DNA from: Verrucomicrobiota bacterium | GTDB lineage: Bacteria > Verrucomicrobiota > Verrucomicrobiia > Limisphaerales > AAA164-E04 | Assembly (NCBI GenBank): GCA_047947115.1 | Contig: CP170459.1 | Span: 896,001-960,000 of the forward strand | Direction: 5' to 3' | Length of the DNA stretch: 64,000 nucleotides | In this document: positions 39,839 through 49,906 of the stretch, in pieces | Numbering within the stretch: position 1 is the first letter of the stretch | Layout: each line of letters opens with the position of its first letter | Notes under the pieces: model-generated | The model's database searches: none | Seen by the model: the letters and a program-made list of their open reading frames with translations, nothing else | What the model was told of the DNA's origin: nothing | Program-made: the position numbers and the translations under genes

Positions 39839-40053
39839 ACGTCCTCAGAGGGGAGTATTATAAGGTTCTGATCACCCGTGCAAAGTCTGACTTGGAAAAA
39901 TTTTCCATTTTGGCAGCCCCGACTAAAGGGAAGCCAAAGGAATAACAAAAAAGTTTAGTGGACTTTTCACTCGTCAAAGTCGTTTCACATGGGATAGGTT
40001 GATTCAACGATTGGCGAGGGAGTCGTCGTATTTTCTTCCTGCCTTGTGAAGGC

Positions 40054-42468
40054 ATGCATTTGGATCAAGACATCATCGATATTCTCAAGATCAAGGCTTC
40101 CTCCAAGAACGGAGGATCACCTAAGGATCGAACACCCCCCTCACTTCCTGAACAACTGCCCATTCTAGGCTTGTCAGACATTGTCATCTTCCCGGGCATG
40201 GTCGCGCCATTGTTGATTGAATCGACTTCGAGTTCGGATTTGATTGATGCAGTGGTTTCTGGCGACCGCCTGATTGGCCTGGTACTGCAAACCTCGCCGG
40301 TGGATGACCCGGAACCTAAGGATCTTTACAGCTATGGCTGTCTGGCTCGAGTCCAGAAGATGGTGAAGCAACCCAACCAGAATGTTCGAATCCTGATTGA
40401 GGGGCTTAAACGCACTCGGATATTAGGATACGAAAAGACCAGTCCATATCTGCTGGCCAGAGTGGAATACCTTCACGAGCCCAAGGAAATTTCGGAAGAA
40501 ACCACATCCCTGGCACGCACCGCCAAGAAGTTGTTTCAGGAGGTTTTGAAACATTCCTCCACCATGGGAGATCAGATTAAATCCACCATCTTGAACATGG
40601 AAGATCCCGAGAAGCTTTCGGACTTGATCGGGGCCAATCTCAATCTGGACCTTTCTGAACACCAGCAACTGCTTGAAACCCACATCGTTGCGGAACGACT
40701 CAAAACCTTGCTTCCCCTGCTCCAGCGCGAACTCGAACTCCAGTCCATCGGAGCACGCATTCAGAAGGAAACTTCATCTTCCATTTCAAAAAGTCAGCGG
40801 AATTTTTACCTGAAGGAGCAGCTTAGAATCATCCAGCGCGAATTGGGCGAAGAGGATCCGGCATCCAGGGAGATCAACACTCTGCGAGAAGCCATCGAAG
40901 CCAGCGGCATGCCTCCCGAAACACAGGAAATGGCACTGAAGGAACTCGAACGCTTGAAATCCATCCCGGCCTCGCTTCCCGAATACACGGTCTCCAGACA
41001 TTATGTGGAATGGCTGGCCTCCCTACCCTGGAATAAAAGTGTCGAACATCACTTGGATCTGGCGGAAGCATCACGCATTCTGGACAAGGAACATTTCGGA
41101 CTCAAAAAGGTCAAAGACCGGTTGCTGGAACACCTCGCCGTCATGAAGCTGCGGAGCAGCATACGAGGACCGATTCTTTGTCTCGTGGGACCACCTGGTG
41201 TGGGAAAAACATCTCTGGGACGCAGCATGGCCGAATCATTGGGACGTCCCTTCGCGCGCATCGCACTGGGAGGCGTCCGTGATGAAGCGGAAATTCGTGG
41301 TCACCGCCGGACCTATGTGGGATCCATGCCGGGCAGGATTCTGCAAACCTTAAAGCGTCTGAAAGCCAGAAACCCGCTGATTTTGCTGGATGAGATCGAC
41401 AAGCTTGGTTCCGATTTCCGTGGTGATCCCGCTTCAGCCTTGTTGGAAGTACTGGATCCTCAGCAAAACAAGCATTTCAGCGATCACTACCTTGAAGTCC
41501 CTTTTGACTTGAGCGATATCCTGTTCATCACCACTGCGAACTGGTTGGACCCGGTGCATCCGGCGCTTCGAGATCGCCTGGAAGTGATCGAACTGCCCAG
41601 CTACACGACTACGGAGAAAATTGAAATCACCCGACATCACCTGTTGCCCAGGCAACTGGAAGATCACGGGATGAAAGCCAATCAATTCAAGCTCCCCACA
41701 AAAAGCATTCGGCATTTGATTGAACTTTACACCAGAGAAGCAGGCGTTCGGCAATTGGAGCGAACGGTTGCATCCGTCCTGCGCAAGGCAGCCCGCGAAC
41801 AGCTGGAGTCCACGGAATCCAAGGGGGCAACCACTGTTGACGAAGCGTGGATCGAGAAACAACTCGGCATGCCCAAGTATCCGGCGCCCGACCATGAAAC
41901 CATTGACGAGTGCGGGATTGCGGTGGGATTGGCCTGGACGCCCAGTGGTGGTGAAATCCTGTTTCTGGAAGCCACTTCACTTCCGGGTAAAGGCAAATTG
42001 ATACTGACGGGTTCACTGGGGGATGTGATGAAGGAAAGCGCTCAGGCAGCGTTGACACATCTTCGATCCCAAGCGGGCCAAATGAAGTTGAAGCTGCCGC
42101 CGATGGACAACCTCGACATTCATATTCACGTTCCGGCCGGAGCCACCCCCAAAGATGGTCCGAGCGCAGGTATCGCCATCTTTGCCGCGCTCGCATCGAT
42201 GTTCATTGGCAAACCCCTGTCCTCCCGCCTGGCCATGACCGGAGAAATCAGCCTCCGAGGCAGAGTCCTGCCAGTTGGTGGAATCAAGGAAAAACTACTC
42301 GCAGCGGCACGCAGTGGCATGCGTGAAATCATTCTTCCCGAAGCAAACAAAAAGGATTGGGTGGAAGCGCCGCCTGAGATTCGAAAGAAATTGAACATCC
42401 ATTGGGTCCGCCACGTCGAAGAAATGATGCCGGTGCTTTTCAAATCAAAACCGGCTGGAAAGAAATAA
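40054..42468 (+). CDS. lon: ATP-dependent protease La
   Basis: LON-N domain, GPPGVGKTS, RGHRRTYVG, PKDGPSAG, GGIKEK. Confidence 0.97.
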   Translation: MHLDQDIIDILKIKASSKNGGSPKDRTPPSLPEQLPILGLSDIVIFPGMVAPLLIESTSSSDLIDAVVSGDRLIGLVLQTSPVDDPEPKDLYSYGCLARVQKMVKQPNQNVRILIEGLKRTRILGYEKTSPYLLARVEYLHEPKEISEETTSLARTAKKLFQEVLKHSSTMGDQIKSTILNMEDPEKLSDLIGANLNLDLSEHQQLLETHIVAERLKTLLPLLQRELELQSIGARIQKETSSSISKSQRNFYLKEQLRIIQRELGEEDPASREINTLREAIEASGMPPETQEMALKELERLKSIPASLPEYTVSRHYVEWLASLPWNKSVEHHLDLAEASRILDKEHFGLKKVKDRLLEHLAVMKLRSSIRGPILCLVGPPGVGKTSLGRSMAESLGRPFARIALGGVRDEAEIRGHRRTYVGSMPGRILQTLKRLKARNPLILLDEIDKLGSDFRGDPASALLEVLDPQQNKHFSDHYLEVPFDLSDILFITTANWLDPVHPALRDRLEVIELPSYTTTEKIEITRHHLLPRQLEDHGMKANQFKLPTKSIRHLIELYTREAGVRQLERTVASVLRKAAREQLESTESKGATTVDEAWIEKQLGMPKYPAPDHETIDECGIAVGLAWTPSGGEILFLEATSLPGKGKLILTGSLGDVMKESAQAALTHLRSQAGQMKLKLPPMDNLDIHIHVPAGATPKDGPSAGIAIFAALASMFIGKPLSSRLAMTGEISLRGRVLPVGGIKEKLLAAARSGMREIILPEANKKDWVEAPPEIRKKLNIHWVRHVEEMMPVLFKSKPAGKK

Positions 42469-42486
42469 TCCAACCGCTTGCGTATC

Positions 42487-43257
42487 ATGAAAATCATTTT
42501 GCCGAACTTGGCATTGCTGTGTGCCGCCATGTTGCTCCTTCCCTCAAAAGGCATGCTCGCCGACCCCATTCAGGATGGCCAATCCCTGGCCGCTGAACTG
42601 CGAGCACTCCAAATTGGGATTCCCGGTGATATTTCCGCAACACTCAAAATCAGAAAGAGCGGAGGAGAGCGTGTCCAACGGCAGGTCCAGAAACAATCCA
42701 TCCAAACAGAGCAGGGCTGGAATGATCTGTTCAGTGTGGCGACCGATGATCAAAGCAACACGGAGTGGCTCCTGATTCGGCACCGCAATGGGGAATCACC
42801 AAGCTATCAAATGGCAAATTCCGAATCGATCCCTATGTCCAACGAGGATTATCAACCTTTGGTCAAGGATGCAGCGATGACACCCGTCGGTGGCAGTGAT
42901 TTCTGGGTGGCAGATCTTGGATTGGATTTTTTACACTGGCCTGACCAGCGTATCGTTCCTTCCCGAATCACCATGCGAAAAGGAGTCGCCTGCAAGGTGC
43001 TCGAAAGTGCCCGTCCCACCCAATCTGAAAATGGATACTATAAGGTCCGTTCATGGATTTCTTCTGAATACGGTGGTGTCGTCTATGCCGAAGCATTTGA
43101 TACCGCCGGCCAAAAAATCAAAATTTTCGAAGTGAACGACGTGGAGAAAATAGACGGACAATGGTACCTGAAAGAGTTGAGAATCCGCAACCTGCGTGAC
43201 CGCTCGACTTCCACGCTGGAATTCAACAATTCCGGACAATCTCTGAGCAATCAGTGA
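42487..43257 (+). CDS. Outer-membrane lipoprotein-sorting (LolA-like fold) protein
   Basis: Signal peptide; GGSDFWVADLG, CKVLES.P, Y.KVRSWI..E, KIDGQW. Confidence 0.7.
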   Translation: MKIILPNLALLCAAMLLLPSKGMLADPIQDGQSLAAELRALQIGIPGDISATLKIRKSGGERVQRQVQKQSIQTEQGWNDLFSVATDDQSNTEWLLIRHRNGESPSYQMANSESIPMSNEDYQPLVKDAAMTPVGGSDFWVADLGLDFLHWPDQRIVPSRITMRKGVACKVLESARPTQSENGYYKVRSWISSEYGGVVYAEAFDTAGQKIKIFEVNDVEKIDGQWYLKELRIRNLRDRSTSTLEFNNSGQSLSNQ

Positions 43258-43397
43258 TAAACTCTTCATTGTAACAACGGTTCCAAAGGGCTATCATGAC
43301 TCCAGCCCTTGGAACCAGGGGATGGTTTCCTGTGGCGATGCGGCTTGTATCACGCAGAAGGGCGGAAGGGTGTTTACAACAAACCATCAAGGTTACC

Positions 43398-43616
43398 ATG
43401 AAAAAACTTTATTACGTGACTCCATCCATGTGCGGTGGAGACCTACCCGAGGATTTTGATTTGGATGATTTTTGTGAGGTGCTCCAAGGAAAACTGGATG
43501 AAGATGTGGAGGTGGTTGCCATCAACGAAGAAGATCTACCATCGGATAATATGGATCCGGATCTCGTTTCGGAGGCGATTTTTAACGAGGCAATGGGCGA
43601 GTACTATCATCGCTGA
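43398..43616 (+). CDS. Small acidic hypothetical protein (72 aa)
   Basis: MKKLYYVTPSMCGG...; 20 of 72 residues are Asp/Glu; AAGG before the ATG. Confidence 0.65.
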   Translation: MKKLYYVTPSMCGGDLPEDFDLDDFCEVLQGKLDEDVEVVAINEEDLPSDNMDPDLVSEAIFNEAMGEYYHR

Positions 43617-43699
43617 CCGCCTCCAGGGAAACCGGTTTCGGAATTGTCCGAGTATCCTCCGAACATCGGGGTGCCTGCTTGGATCTTAGCCCACACAGG

Positions 43700-45856
43700 T
43701 CATGGGATTTCGTGTTGCCACGGAATCTCATCCAACAATCTCACCCCGATGATCTCCCTTGCGAACTGTGTGGCATCAGCCTCCTGAGGAGTCTCCAGTT
43801 TTTGAAATGTTTCCCAAGCCTTCTTTTTGACACCAAAGGGATGTTCCTTCGTAGGCAGGGATCTTAATCCGAGCAACAATCCACCTTCCTGTGGATGATC
43901 CACCCAGCGATGGTTGTGAAACGCTTCGATACTCTGGAGCGGCCGGATTTTATGCCATGTGTAAACGAAGGCTGCGGCCTGAATATCCTGAGCCATGGCT
44001 GATTCAATGGGCGTGTGGTATCCCTGTTCCGACAAGATCACGCCACGCACTTTTTCGCCATTAAACATCATGCACGGCTGGTGCATGTAGGCGTCCAACA
44101 CTTCCAGATTCTTGGGGGTGATCAATGGGGTTTCGTAATCGAATGTTGGCAGCGTATCGTTCCATGCCTGCGGGTTCCACAAACTTTGCGGGTAGGGATG
44201 ATAGGCCAAACCCCATTCATAATCCCCCTCAAGCCTGGATGTTTCCGCCAACCAATCCAGCAACCGTCGCGGCGCATACGTTTTCCACGAAGGATCAGGC
44301 TCGGCATTCCAGTGATGCGTCAATGAAATGAATACGCGGGCATGCGGATTGTAGCGTCGAGCCAATAGATGGGTCAATCGCATGGATCGCATATACACAT
44401 CCATGTAAACTTCCATCGGCTGTTTACCCATGTTGGTCCACACCCATCCGTAATCAATTTCATTGTGCATGATCCAATTCGATACCCGACCATGTGGATC
44501 TCCGGGTTGGGCATAACGGCGAGTCAAATAATCCATCGCGGCCCCATAGGCCAGGACTCCCTCACGGCTGCTGAAATCAGGCATGGCGTAATGGCCTGCC
44601 CGCTCCGCTTCCGGATGCGTTATTTGCCCACCAAATCCCGAATCTCCAAAGCCAACCAGAATGATGGCCGAAACCACCATGCCGTGGTCGGTTGCAAATC
44701 GAATCAATCGATCATGTTGAGAAATAAAACCTGGATTCACCCACCAGGACCTTCCTTGATAACGCGTCTCCTCCCAGCCGGTTCGTTTGGAGGAGCTCAG
44801 CATGTGGGAGATCAACATATTGTCCGTGATGTGACGAACCCCCAAATCGACGAGTTCCTCGAGAATATCATTGGCCCAGACACCCCCCATGCCTTTAAGC
44901 GATCGAGCCCATTTCCGATCGAGCGCATGTTCGGATGCTTCGTCAAGTTGCGTGATGTACCGGGGCAGTGACAATAGACGCCACCGGGCACCTTCATCAG
45001 ACAAAGCGATGGCCCATCGAGATGTGATTCGGTCCCGATCCCCCATTCTTCTGGGGATGGTTTTCACGATGTTTCCAGATGCATCCGCCACGTCGCATTC
45101 AAATATCTCAACCGGCTCAATCGCTTTGGAAGGATCCCACTCAAGAGGAATCTCAATCAACCGCGCCCCCTCCAAAAACAGTGGATGATACGGCATGCGA
45201 AGCGTGATTGTTGTCCGATCAATAGAAATGGTTTCGATGGAAGCAGGATAGGATTGGCGGTAGTATGATCGGATGGATTCGGCTTTGTGGGCTTTGTGCG
45301 CACGTTCCATCGAAGCCGCTTCAACCGCTTTTGCTTCATCTGCATTGGGTGGCCGCAATTTCAGATTGCGCACCCCTATCCGCACCCCGGACTTCCGACC
45401 GAAATCCAGTCTTAAAAGATTGTTGGAAGGCATCCATCGATGACCCGACTGTTCAACGAGGTGCACCGAGAAGGGTATCCAGGACTCCGATTTCATCATG
45501 CTCCCTGCCGTCAGGGAATTAACCGCCCGAATCGGCGGACCAAAAAAAATCTCCAACTCGGATACTCCGTCCGGACAAAAGTAATCAAAAGAAAGCACGA
45601 CGTTTGCCGAACCATGAGAAACATTGGAATAGGGTTTGAGGAACAGATAAGGATCCTCTCCGCTCGTTTCAAAGGTCCAGGCACCTTCACCGGTCTCCAG
45701 CATGCGAATCTGGTTCAACCGGGAAACATCGACTTGCAACTCCACAGAATCCGCACCCTGAACGGGCAAGGCCGAGCAAGACAGGATAAAAGCAAACGAG
45801 GAAAGGTAAACCAACTGCATGTGCCATCGCATGATCGTCAGTTTAGAAGGCATCAT
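43700..45856 (-). CDS. DUF5722-like putative glycoside hydrolase (clan GH-A-like)
   Basis: WIMHNEID, LAYHPYPQ, ILSEQG pattern. Confidence 0.7.
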   Translation of the reverse strand: MMPSKLTIMRWHMQLVYLSSFAFILSCSALPVQGADSVELQVDVSRLNQIRMLETGEGAWTFETSGEDPYLFLKPYSNVSHGSANVVLSFDYFCPDGVSELEIFFGPPIRAVNSLTAGSMMKSESWIPFSVHLVEQSGHRWMPSNNLLRLDFGRKSGVRIGVRNLKLRPPNADEAKAVEAASMERAHKAHKAESIRSYYRQSYPASIETISIDRTTITLRMPYHPLFLEGARLIEIPLEWDPSKAIEPVEIFECDVADASGNIVKTIPRRMGDRDRITSRWAIALSDEGARWRLLSLPRYITQLDEASEHALDRKWARSLKGMGGVWANDILEELVDLGVRHITDNMLISHMLSSSKRTGWEETRYQGRSWWVNPGFISQHDRLIRFATDHGMVVSAIILVGFGDSGFGGQITHPEAERAGHYAMPDFSSREGVLAYGAAMDYLTRRYAQPGDPHGRVSNWIMHNEIDYGWVWTNMGKQPMEVYMDVYMRSMRLTHLLARRYNPHARVFISLTHHWNAEPDPSWKTYAPRRLLDWLAETSRLEGDYEWGLAYHPYPQSLWNPQAWNDTLPTFDYETPLITPKNLEVLDAYMHQPCMMFNGEKVRGVILSEQGYHTPIESAMAQDIQAAAFVYTWHKIRPLQSIEAFHNHRWVDHPQEGGLLLGLRSLPTKEHPFGVKKKAWETFQKLETPQEADATQFAREIIGVRLLDEIPWQHEIP

Positions 45857-45878
45857 TCAGACTGTCGATGCCGATGGA

Positions 45879-46625
45879 TCAGAACTCGGCAAAAATCCGA
45901 TTGGCTTCCTCCAGCGTTTCCTTTGAACCAATGTCATACCACAACCCCGGCAAGGTCCAGGTATAAACGGGCATTCGAGGATAAAGCCACTGGATCATAC
46001 GACCGGGCTGATCCGCATTGTGACCATCTTCAACATATTGGCGTATGACGGGAAGGACAGCTTTTGGATAGTAATAAAGCGCAATACCGATCAAGGTGGA
46101 ATGAGGCTCTTCGGGTTTTTCTTCAAATGAAGAAATCTGCCCTCCTGCATTCATATGCACTTCACTATACTTCTTGGTATCCTCCAGTCGCCCGACATCA
46201 TAAACGCCCAGAACAGGCGCCTGTTTTTCCAGGCAGAATTCCCCAAACGATTTGATACTTTGGCTGAACAAATTATCTCCGGCCACAACGATGATGTCTT
46301 CATCAATAGCGGAAGCTTTCAAGGTGTATACCAGATCACCGATCGCTCCTAGACGATTGTTTTCGTCCGTGGAACCATCGTTGATCACCGTAACCGGGAT
46401 GGACGGACAGCTTGTTTGATAGGCTTTGGCCCAAGTTTCAAAATGCCCGTGAAACTTGTCATTGGAAACGATGAGGATTTCGTTCAATTCTGGCACATCC
46501 ATCAAGTGGCCTAACACATGTTCCACCATGGGACGTCCGGCCACTTCAAGAAGCGGCTTGGGACGAGTCAGAGTCAATGGATAAAGACGAGTTGCGTATC
46601 CGGCTGCTAAGACAATCAATTTCAT
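45879..46625 (-). CDS. Sugar-phosphate nucleotidyltransferase
   Basis: LAAGYATRLYPLT...PKPLL, AGDNLF, FEEKP, WYDIG. Confidence 0.92.
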   Translation of the reverse strand: MKLIVLAAGYATRLYPLTLTRPKPLLEVAGRPMVEHVLGHLMDVPELNEILIVSNDKFHGHFETWAKAYQTSCPSIPVTVINDGSTDENNRLGAIGDLVYTLKASAIDEDIIVVAGDNLFSQSIKSFGEFCLEKQAPVLGVYDVGRLEDTKKYSEVHMNAGGQISSFEEKPEEPHSTLIGIALYYYPKAVLPVIRQYVEDGHNADQPGRMIQWLYPRMPVYTWTLPGLWYDIGSKETLEEANRIFAEF

Positions 46626-46640
46626 GTTTTCGAGAGTTAC

Positions 46641-48410
46641 TTATCCCTGGTTGACGACCATTTCAGGAGCCACACGCTGCACCAATGCGCGGGATGCATC
46701 AAGGATTTCGTGACTATACCGCATTGTCACAGCCTGTTCTGCCAGCTCCCTGGCTTCACTCAATTTCAGTCGTCGGATGAGGTACTTGACGGAAGGCACC
46801 AACGGGGCGGACGCGCTCAATTCATCAACACCCAGCCCCAGCAAAAGAGGCACCAAATCAGGTTCACCGGCCATTTCACCGCACACTCCCACGCGAATCC
46901 CGGCGGCATGAGCCGCTTTTGTGGTTTGCTTGATCGAGCGAACAATACTGGGCGCGGTCGGTTCGTAAAGATGCGCTATGCGATCGTTGGTTCGGTCAAC
47001 CGCCAGCCCATACTGGATCAGGTCATTGGTGCCGATGCTGAAAAACTTTACCTTGCTCGCCAAATCATCGGCCACCATCACCGCAGAGGGGGTTTCAATC
47101 ATGATGCCGGTTTCAATGTGCTCATCGAACGCAACGCCCTCCTCCGCCAATTCACGTTTGCAGGTTTCCAAAAGTTCCAGAGCACGATCCAGCTCGCTCA
47201 TGCTGGTGATCATGGGAAACATGATGCGCAGGTTTCCCTGGGTGCTGGCCCGCAGAATGGCCCGCAATTGCATCTTGAATATGCCTTCATTGTCCAGACA
47301 AAACCGGATGGCACGCCAGCCCAGCGCCGGGTTGGATTCCACACCTGATTTCGTCAGGGAAGACAACTTGTCAGCTCCCAGGTCAAGAGTCCGGATGACA
47401 ACCGGTTTGGGAGCAAGCTTGGAAGCAACCTCGGCATAAACCTCCGCCTGGATTTTCTCTTCAGGCCAATGAGACCGGTTCAAAAACAAATACTCCGATC
47501 GAAACAAACCCACTCCATCCGCCCCAAACTTCATGACATCCTCCGATTCCGATGGTTGATCCAGATTGGCCTCCAGGGCCACTTGAAATCCATCCAAAGT
47601 CACGGCTGGCATCTCCCTGAGCTTGGCCAGTCGTGCTTCCTTGTCCTCATGCCGCCTGATGACATGGCCGTATTCAAACAAGGTCTGATCACTGGGATTA
47701 AGAATGACCAAGCCGCTGTGGCCGTCAAGAAGTACAGTCTGATCATTCTCCAATCGCTTGCTGATATCATGAAAGCCGACAACAGCGGGGATTTTCAAAG
47801 CTCTGGCAAGAATAGCCGTGTGCGATGTTTTACTCCCGACATCAGTGGCAAACCCGAGAACCATGCTGCGATCCAGCATCGCGGTCGTACTCGGCGTCAA
47901 GTCGTGACCGACCACAATACTGGGTTCGCTCAGGGCATAGAGATGATCATGATCATCCTGCCCCATCAGATTGTTCAAGAGCCGGTGTGAAACATCCCGT
48001 AAGTCAACAGCACGCTCACGCAAATACTCGTCTTCCATGCTGTCGAAGGCTTGGGCATATTTTTCAGACACTTCATGATAGGCATGCTCGACATTACACA
48101 TTGTGGACTTAACCAACTTGGTCGCCTCACCAATCAACGCCGGATCATCCAACACCAGAAGATGAGCTTCGAAAATGTCGGCATCATGCGATCCCACACG
48201 TTCACGCAAACTTTGATGCATCTCCTTGAGTTGTTTCCGGGTAATGATCAAGGCCTGCTCCAACCGCTTCAATTCCGCGGCCACATCCTCTTCGGGAATG
48301 TCACGATACGGGACATGAAGCTGCCGCGTGCCAAAGACAAAGACTCGTCCCCGACAGACACCTCCTGAGGCTGGAATGCCCCGAAATGTGATTTCACCTT
48401 TCTCGCTCAT
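46641..48410 (-). CDS. ptsP: Phosphoenolpyruvate-protein phosphotransferase (PTS enzyme I)
   Basis: TSHTAILAR phospho-His, GVGLFRSE, IRTLDLGADK, FSIGTNDLIQY, CGEMAG. Start revised to 48410. Confidence 0.95.
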   Translation of the reverse strand: MSEKGEITFRGIPASGGVCRGRVFVFGTRQLHVPYRDIPEEDVAAELKRLEQALIITRKQLKEMHQSLRERVGSHDADIFEAHLLVLDDPALIGEATKLVKSTMCNVEHAYHEVSEKYAQAFDSMEDEYLRERAVDLRDVSHRLLNNLMGQDDHDHLYALSEPSIVVGHDLTPSTTAMLDRSMVLGFATDVGSKTSHTAILARALKIPAVVGFHDISKRLENDQTVLLDGHSGLVILNPSDQTLFEYGHVIRRHEDKEARLAKLREMPAVTLDGFQVALEANLDQPSESEDVMKFGADGVGLFRSEYLFLNRSHWPEEKIQAEVYAEVASKLAPKPVVIRTLDLGADKLSSLTKSGVESNPALGWRAIRFCLDNEGIFKMQLRAILRASTQGNLRIMFPMITSMSELDRALELLETCKRELAEEGVAFDEHIETGIMIETPSAVMVADDLASKVKFFSIGTNDLIQYGLAVDRTNDRIAHLYEPTAPSIVRSIKQTTKAAHAAGIRVGVCGEMAGEPDLVPLLLGLGVDELSASAPLVPSVKYLIRRLKLSEARELAEQAVTMRYSHEILDASRALVQRVAPEMVVNQG

Positions 48411-48586
48411 ATCGATACGCACTTGATAATATCCCTTTTCCAAGGTGTTGGAAATGAAATTGTCGTTAACGAAAATCCAACATTCATTGAACAAACCACC
48501 CCTCCCCGCTCCTCTTCCAAAGACTTTTCCGAATTCCTGCCAAGCCCCATTGACCACGAAGGATTCCTCTGGCCATAATCCTCGTC

Positions 48587-49378
48587 ATGAACAACAAAGC
48601 GGCGATCATTACAGGAGCTTCAAGGGGCATCGGCCGGGGCATCGGACTGGAATTGGCCCGGATCGGTTATGACCTGATCATCAACTACGCAGGCAATCAG
48701 AAAGCCGCCCTGGAAACAGTCCGGGAATGCGAGGCTGCCGCCACTGAAGCCGGACATGCGATCAAAGCCATACCCGTCAAGGCAAACGTAGGGCACCCGG
48801 ATGACCGGGAACACCTTTTGAATGAAACCAAAAAAGCATTTGGGCGCCTGGATCTGCTCGTCAACAATGCCGGTATCACTTCGATCGGCAGAGCTGACAT
48901 TCTTGAAGCCAAAGAAGAAAACTTTGACCAACTCATGGCGGTCAATTTGAAAGGGCCCTTCTTCCTCAGCCAGCAAGCGGCCAACTGGATGATCGAACTT
49001 TTAAAGGCAGGTAATGTGAATGCTCCAAAAATTGTCAATGTATCATCCATCAGCGCCTACACCGTTTCAGTCAACCGGGCGGATTATTGCATGGCCAAGG
49101 CGGCTCTGGGCATGATGACCAAACTCTATGCCGTCCGGCTCGCGGAACATGGCATCCGGGTCTATGAAATATGCCCGGGTATCATTGCTTCCGACATGAC
49201 AGCTCCTGTGCAGGCCAAATACGACAAACTCATCGCAGAAGGCCTGACGCCCATGCCCAGATGGGGACAGCCTTCGGACATCGGCAAAACCATCACCGCC
49301 GTCGCCCAGGATTACCTTCCATTCAGCACCGGCGAAGTCATCAATGTCGACGGCGGCTTCCACCTTCGCAAACTCTAA
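48587..49378 (+). CDS. SDR oxidoreductase (3-ketoacyl-ACP reductase-like)
   Basis: TGASRGIG, LVNNAG, YCMAK. Confidence 0.92.
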   Translation: MNNKAAIITGASRGIGRGIGLELARIGYDLIINYAGNQKAALETVRECEAAATEAGHAIKAIPVKANVGHPDDREHLLNETKKAFGRLDLLVNNAGITSIGRADILEAKEENFDQLMAVNLKGPFFLSQQAANWMIELLKAGNVNAPKIVNVSSISAYTVSVNRADYCMAKAALGMMTKLYAVRLAEHGIRVYEICPGIIASDMTAPVQAKYDKLIAEGLTPMPRWGQPSDIGKTITAVAQDYLPFSTGEVINVDGGFHLRKL

Positions 49379-49632
49379 ATTCACCCGTCTGCGCTTGACG
49401 GTTCAGCTCCGATCCGCCAGCTTCGCCAGCAGGTGGCGGATTGTATGGAATCTTGATTGGACCCCGAATTGTGAATTCAAACCAAAGACATCCCCCCCTG
49501 AATGGGGGTCAGTCCCAACTATTGACACTGTTTACGGATAAAGGTTTAAAACATATTGATAATGTATGAGTTACATTTCAAAAACCCCGCCAAGCCGTAT
49601 GCACAACAAGGTGCATTTTTTTAGATTTTATC

Positions 49633-49668
49633 TTGATCTTCCCTTTTTCTGACGAGAGAATGCGCGTT
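49633..49668 (+). promoter_or_regulatory. Sigma70-like rpsA promoter with GC-rich discriminator
   Basis: TTGATC-17 bp-GAGAAT followed by gcgcg. Confidence 0.55.
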
Positions 49669-49906
49669 CGCCTGAGTCCCGCGAGTGCGGATGGCTCATT
49701 AGAGGCTGAAATGAGTGTTAACCATCAACCTAACCCTCATTATACTTCTCCGTGCTCCGGTGAACGTGTGTTAGGCCGATGGGTTTTGCTCGAGGAAGTC
49801 GCCGTTTTTGCGGTGAATCCTGAGTCGAACACACAGGTCGGAGCCTCCTTAAAATAAGTAATATCAAAGGCGCAGCATTGCGTCTCGGTTGTATCATTAA
49901 TTCATT

